NCBI GenBank assembly: GCA_003194425.1
Contig: PQXB01000001.1
Span: 850,444-882,443, forward strand
Length of the DNA stretch: 32,000 nucleotides
Direction of reading: 5' to 3'
Source of the DNA: Candidatus Methanophagaceae archaeon
GTDB lineage: Archaea; Halobacteriota; Syntropharchaeia; Alkanophagales; Methanospirareceae
Positions 31,837 to 32,000 of the stretch are shown here, piece by piece (position 1 is the first letter of the stretch; the number at the start of each line of letters is the position of its first letter). A program made the translations under genes and the position numbers. Below the pieces are notes generated by a model, which saw only the letters and a list, made by a program, of their open reading frames with translations, did no database searches and was not told the DNA's origin.

Positions 31837-32000
31837 TTAATAATGCATTCCCGTCTCCTCGTCAGGCATCTCGCCGTAGCCCGACGCCAAAATCTCCTCC
31901 GCCCTTCGCTGCACGAACTTGTCAAAACCCTCTTTCAAATGCCGCATATTCACGCCAATCTCCTCCACGCGTTTGTACCGCCGCTCCAAATCCGCAGTCT
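31837..32000 (-). CDS. 3' end of an unidentified gene, truncated by the window edge, directly upstream of the PafA/Dop-like pair
   Basis: Hand translation gives ...TADLERRYKRVEEIGVNMRHLKEGFDKFVQRRAEEILASGYGEMPDEETGMHY-stop (TAA at 31837-31839). It is on the same strand, 66 nt upstream of paralog A. No family was recognised from 53 residues. Confidence 0.4.
   Translation of the reverse strand, partial: TADLERRYKRVEEIGVNMRHLKEGFDKFVQRRAEEILASGYGEMPDEETGMHY

Noticed and set aside
31837-31848. C-terminal ...GMHY of the truncated upstream ORF as a proteasome-docking HbYX motif
   Set aside because: HbYX requires a penultimate Tyr followed by one more residue, and here Tyr is the last residue. The motif assignment is therefore not supported and is mentioned only as context.

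Overview
This is an archaeal chromosomal window. Gene content suggests an anaerobic, euryarchaeote-like organism: RNase P protein subunits Rpp30 and Pop5, an intron-containing tRNA, EF-1alpha plus S10, RFC small subunit, archaeal PheT, HdrC/HdrB, CdhC, COG1900 homocysteine synthesis, Thg1 and RNase Z. Most of the window is G+C-rich housekeeping DNA, and the long antisense ORFs in it are shadow ORFs. Three things stand out. (1) At the right end (27.8-32.0 kb, minus strand) an operon encodes two tandem paralogs of the Pup ligase/deamidase (PafA/Dop) family. They are followed by a small, strongly charged, low-complexity ORF with a good Shine-Dalgarno site that ends in ...Ser-Gly-Glu. Together these look like a pupylation-like protein-tagging module in an archaeon, and this is my top candidate for an undescribed system. 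(2) At 11.3-15.5 kb, a sharply A+T-rich cassette sits 2 nt behind a native-composition UbiA/DPPR-synthase-like prenyltransferase gene. The cassette holds a GT-C glycosyltransferase, two SAM methyltransferases and a small EamA-like membrane protein. The prenyltransferase gene is split by a frameshift in a G11 homopolymer, one methyltransferase is decayed, and a PIN-toxin remnant lies at the edge. (3) Short tandem repeats are unusually frequent. Some are spacer-less intergenic arrays, including a helically phased 10-bp array between rfcS and hdrCB and a 15-bp array at the rnp3 start. Others are in-frame repeats that insert G/E/R/K/T/D-rich loops into housekeeping proteins. Other notable items are a Rad50-like zinc-hook ATPase with no Mre11 partner, an orphan DNA methyltransferase fused to a PD-(D/E)xK domain, and a Thg1 gene that overlaps its neighbours at both ends. 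All homology calls come from motif recognition by eye; no database search was run.
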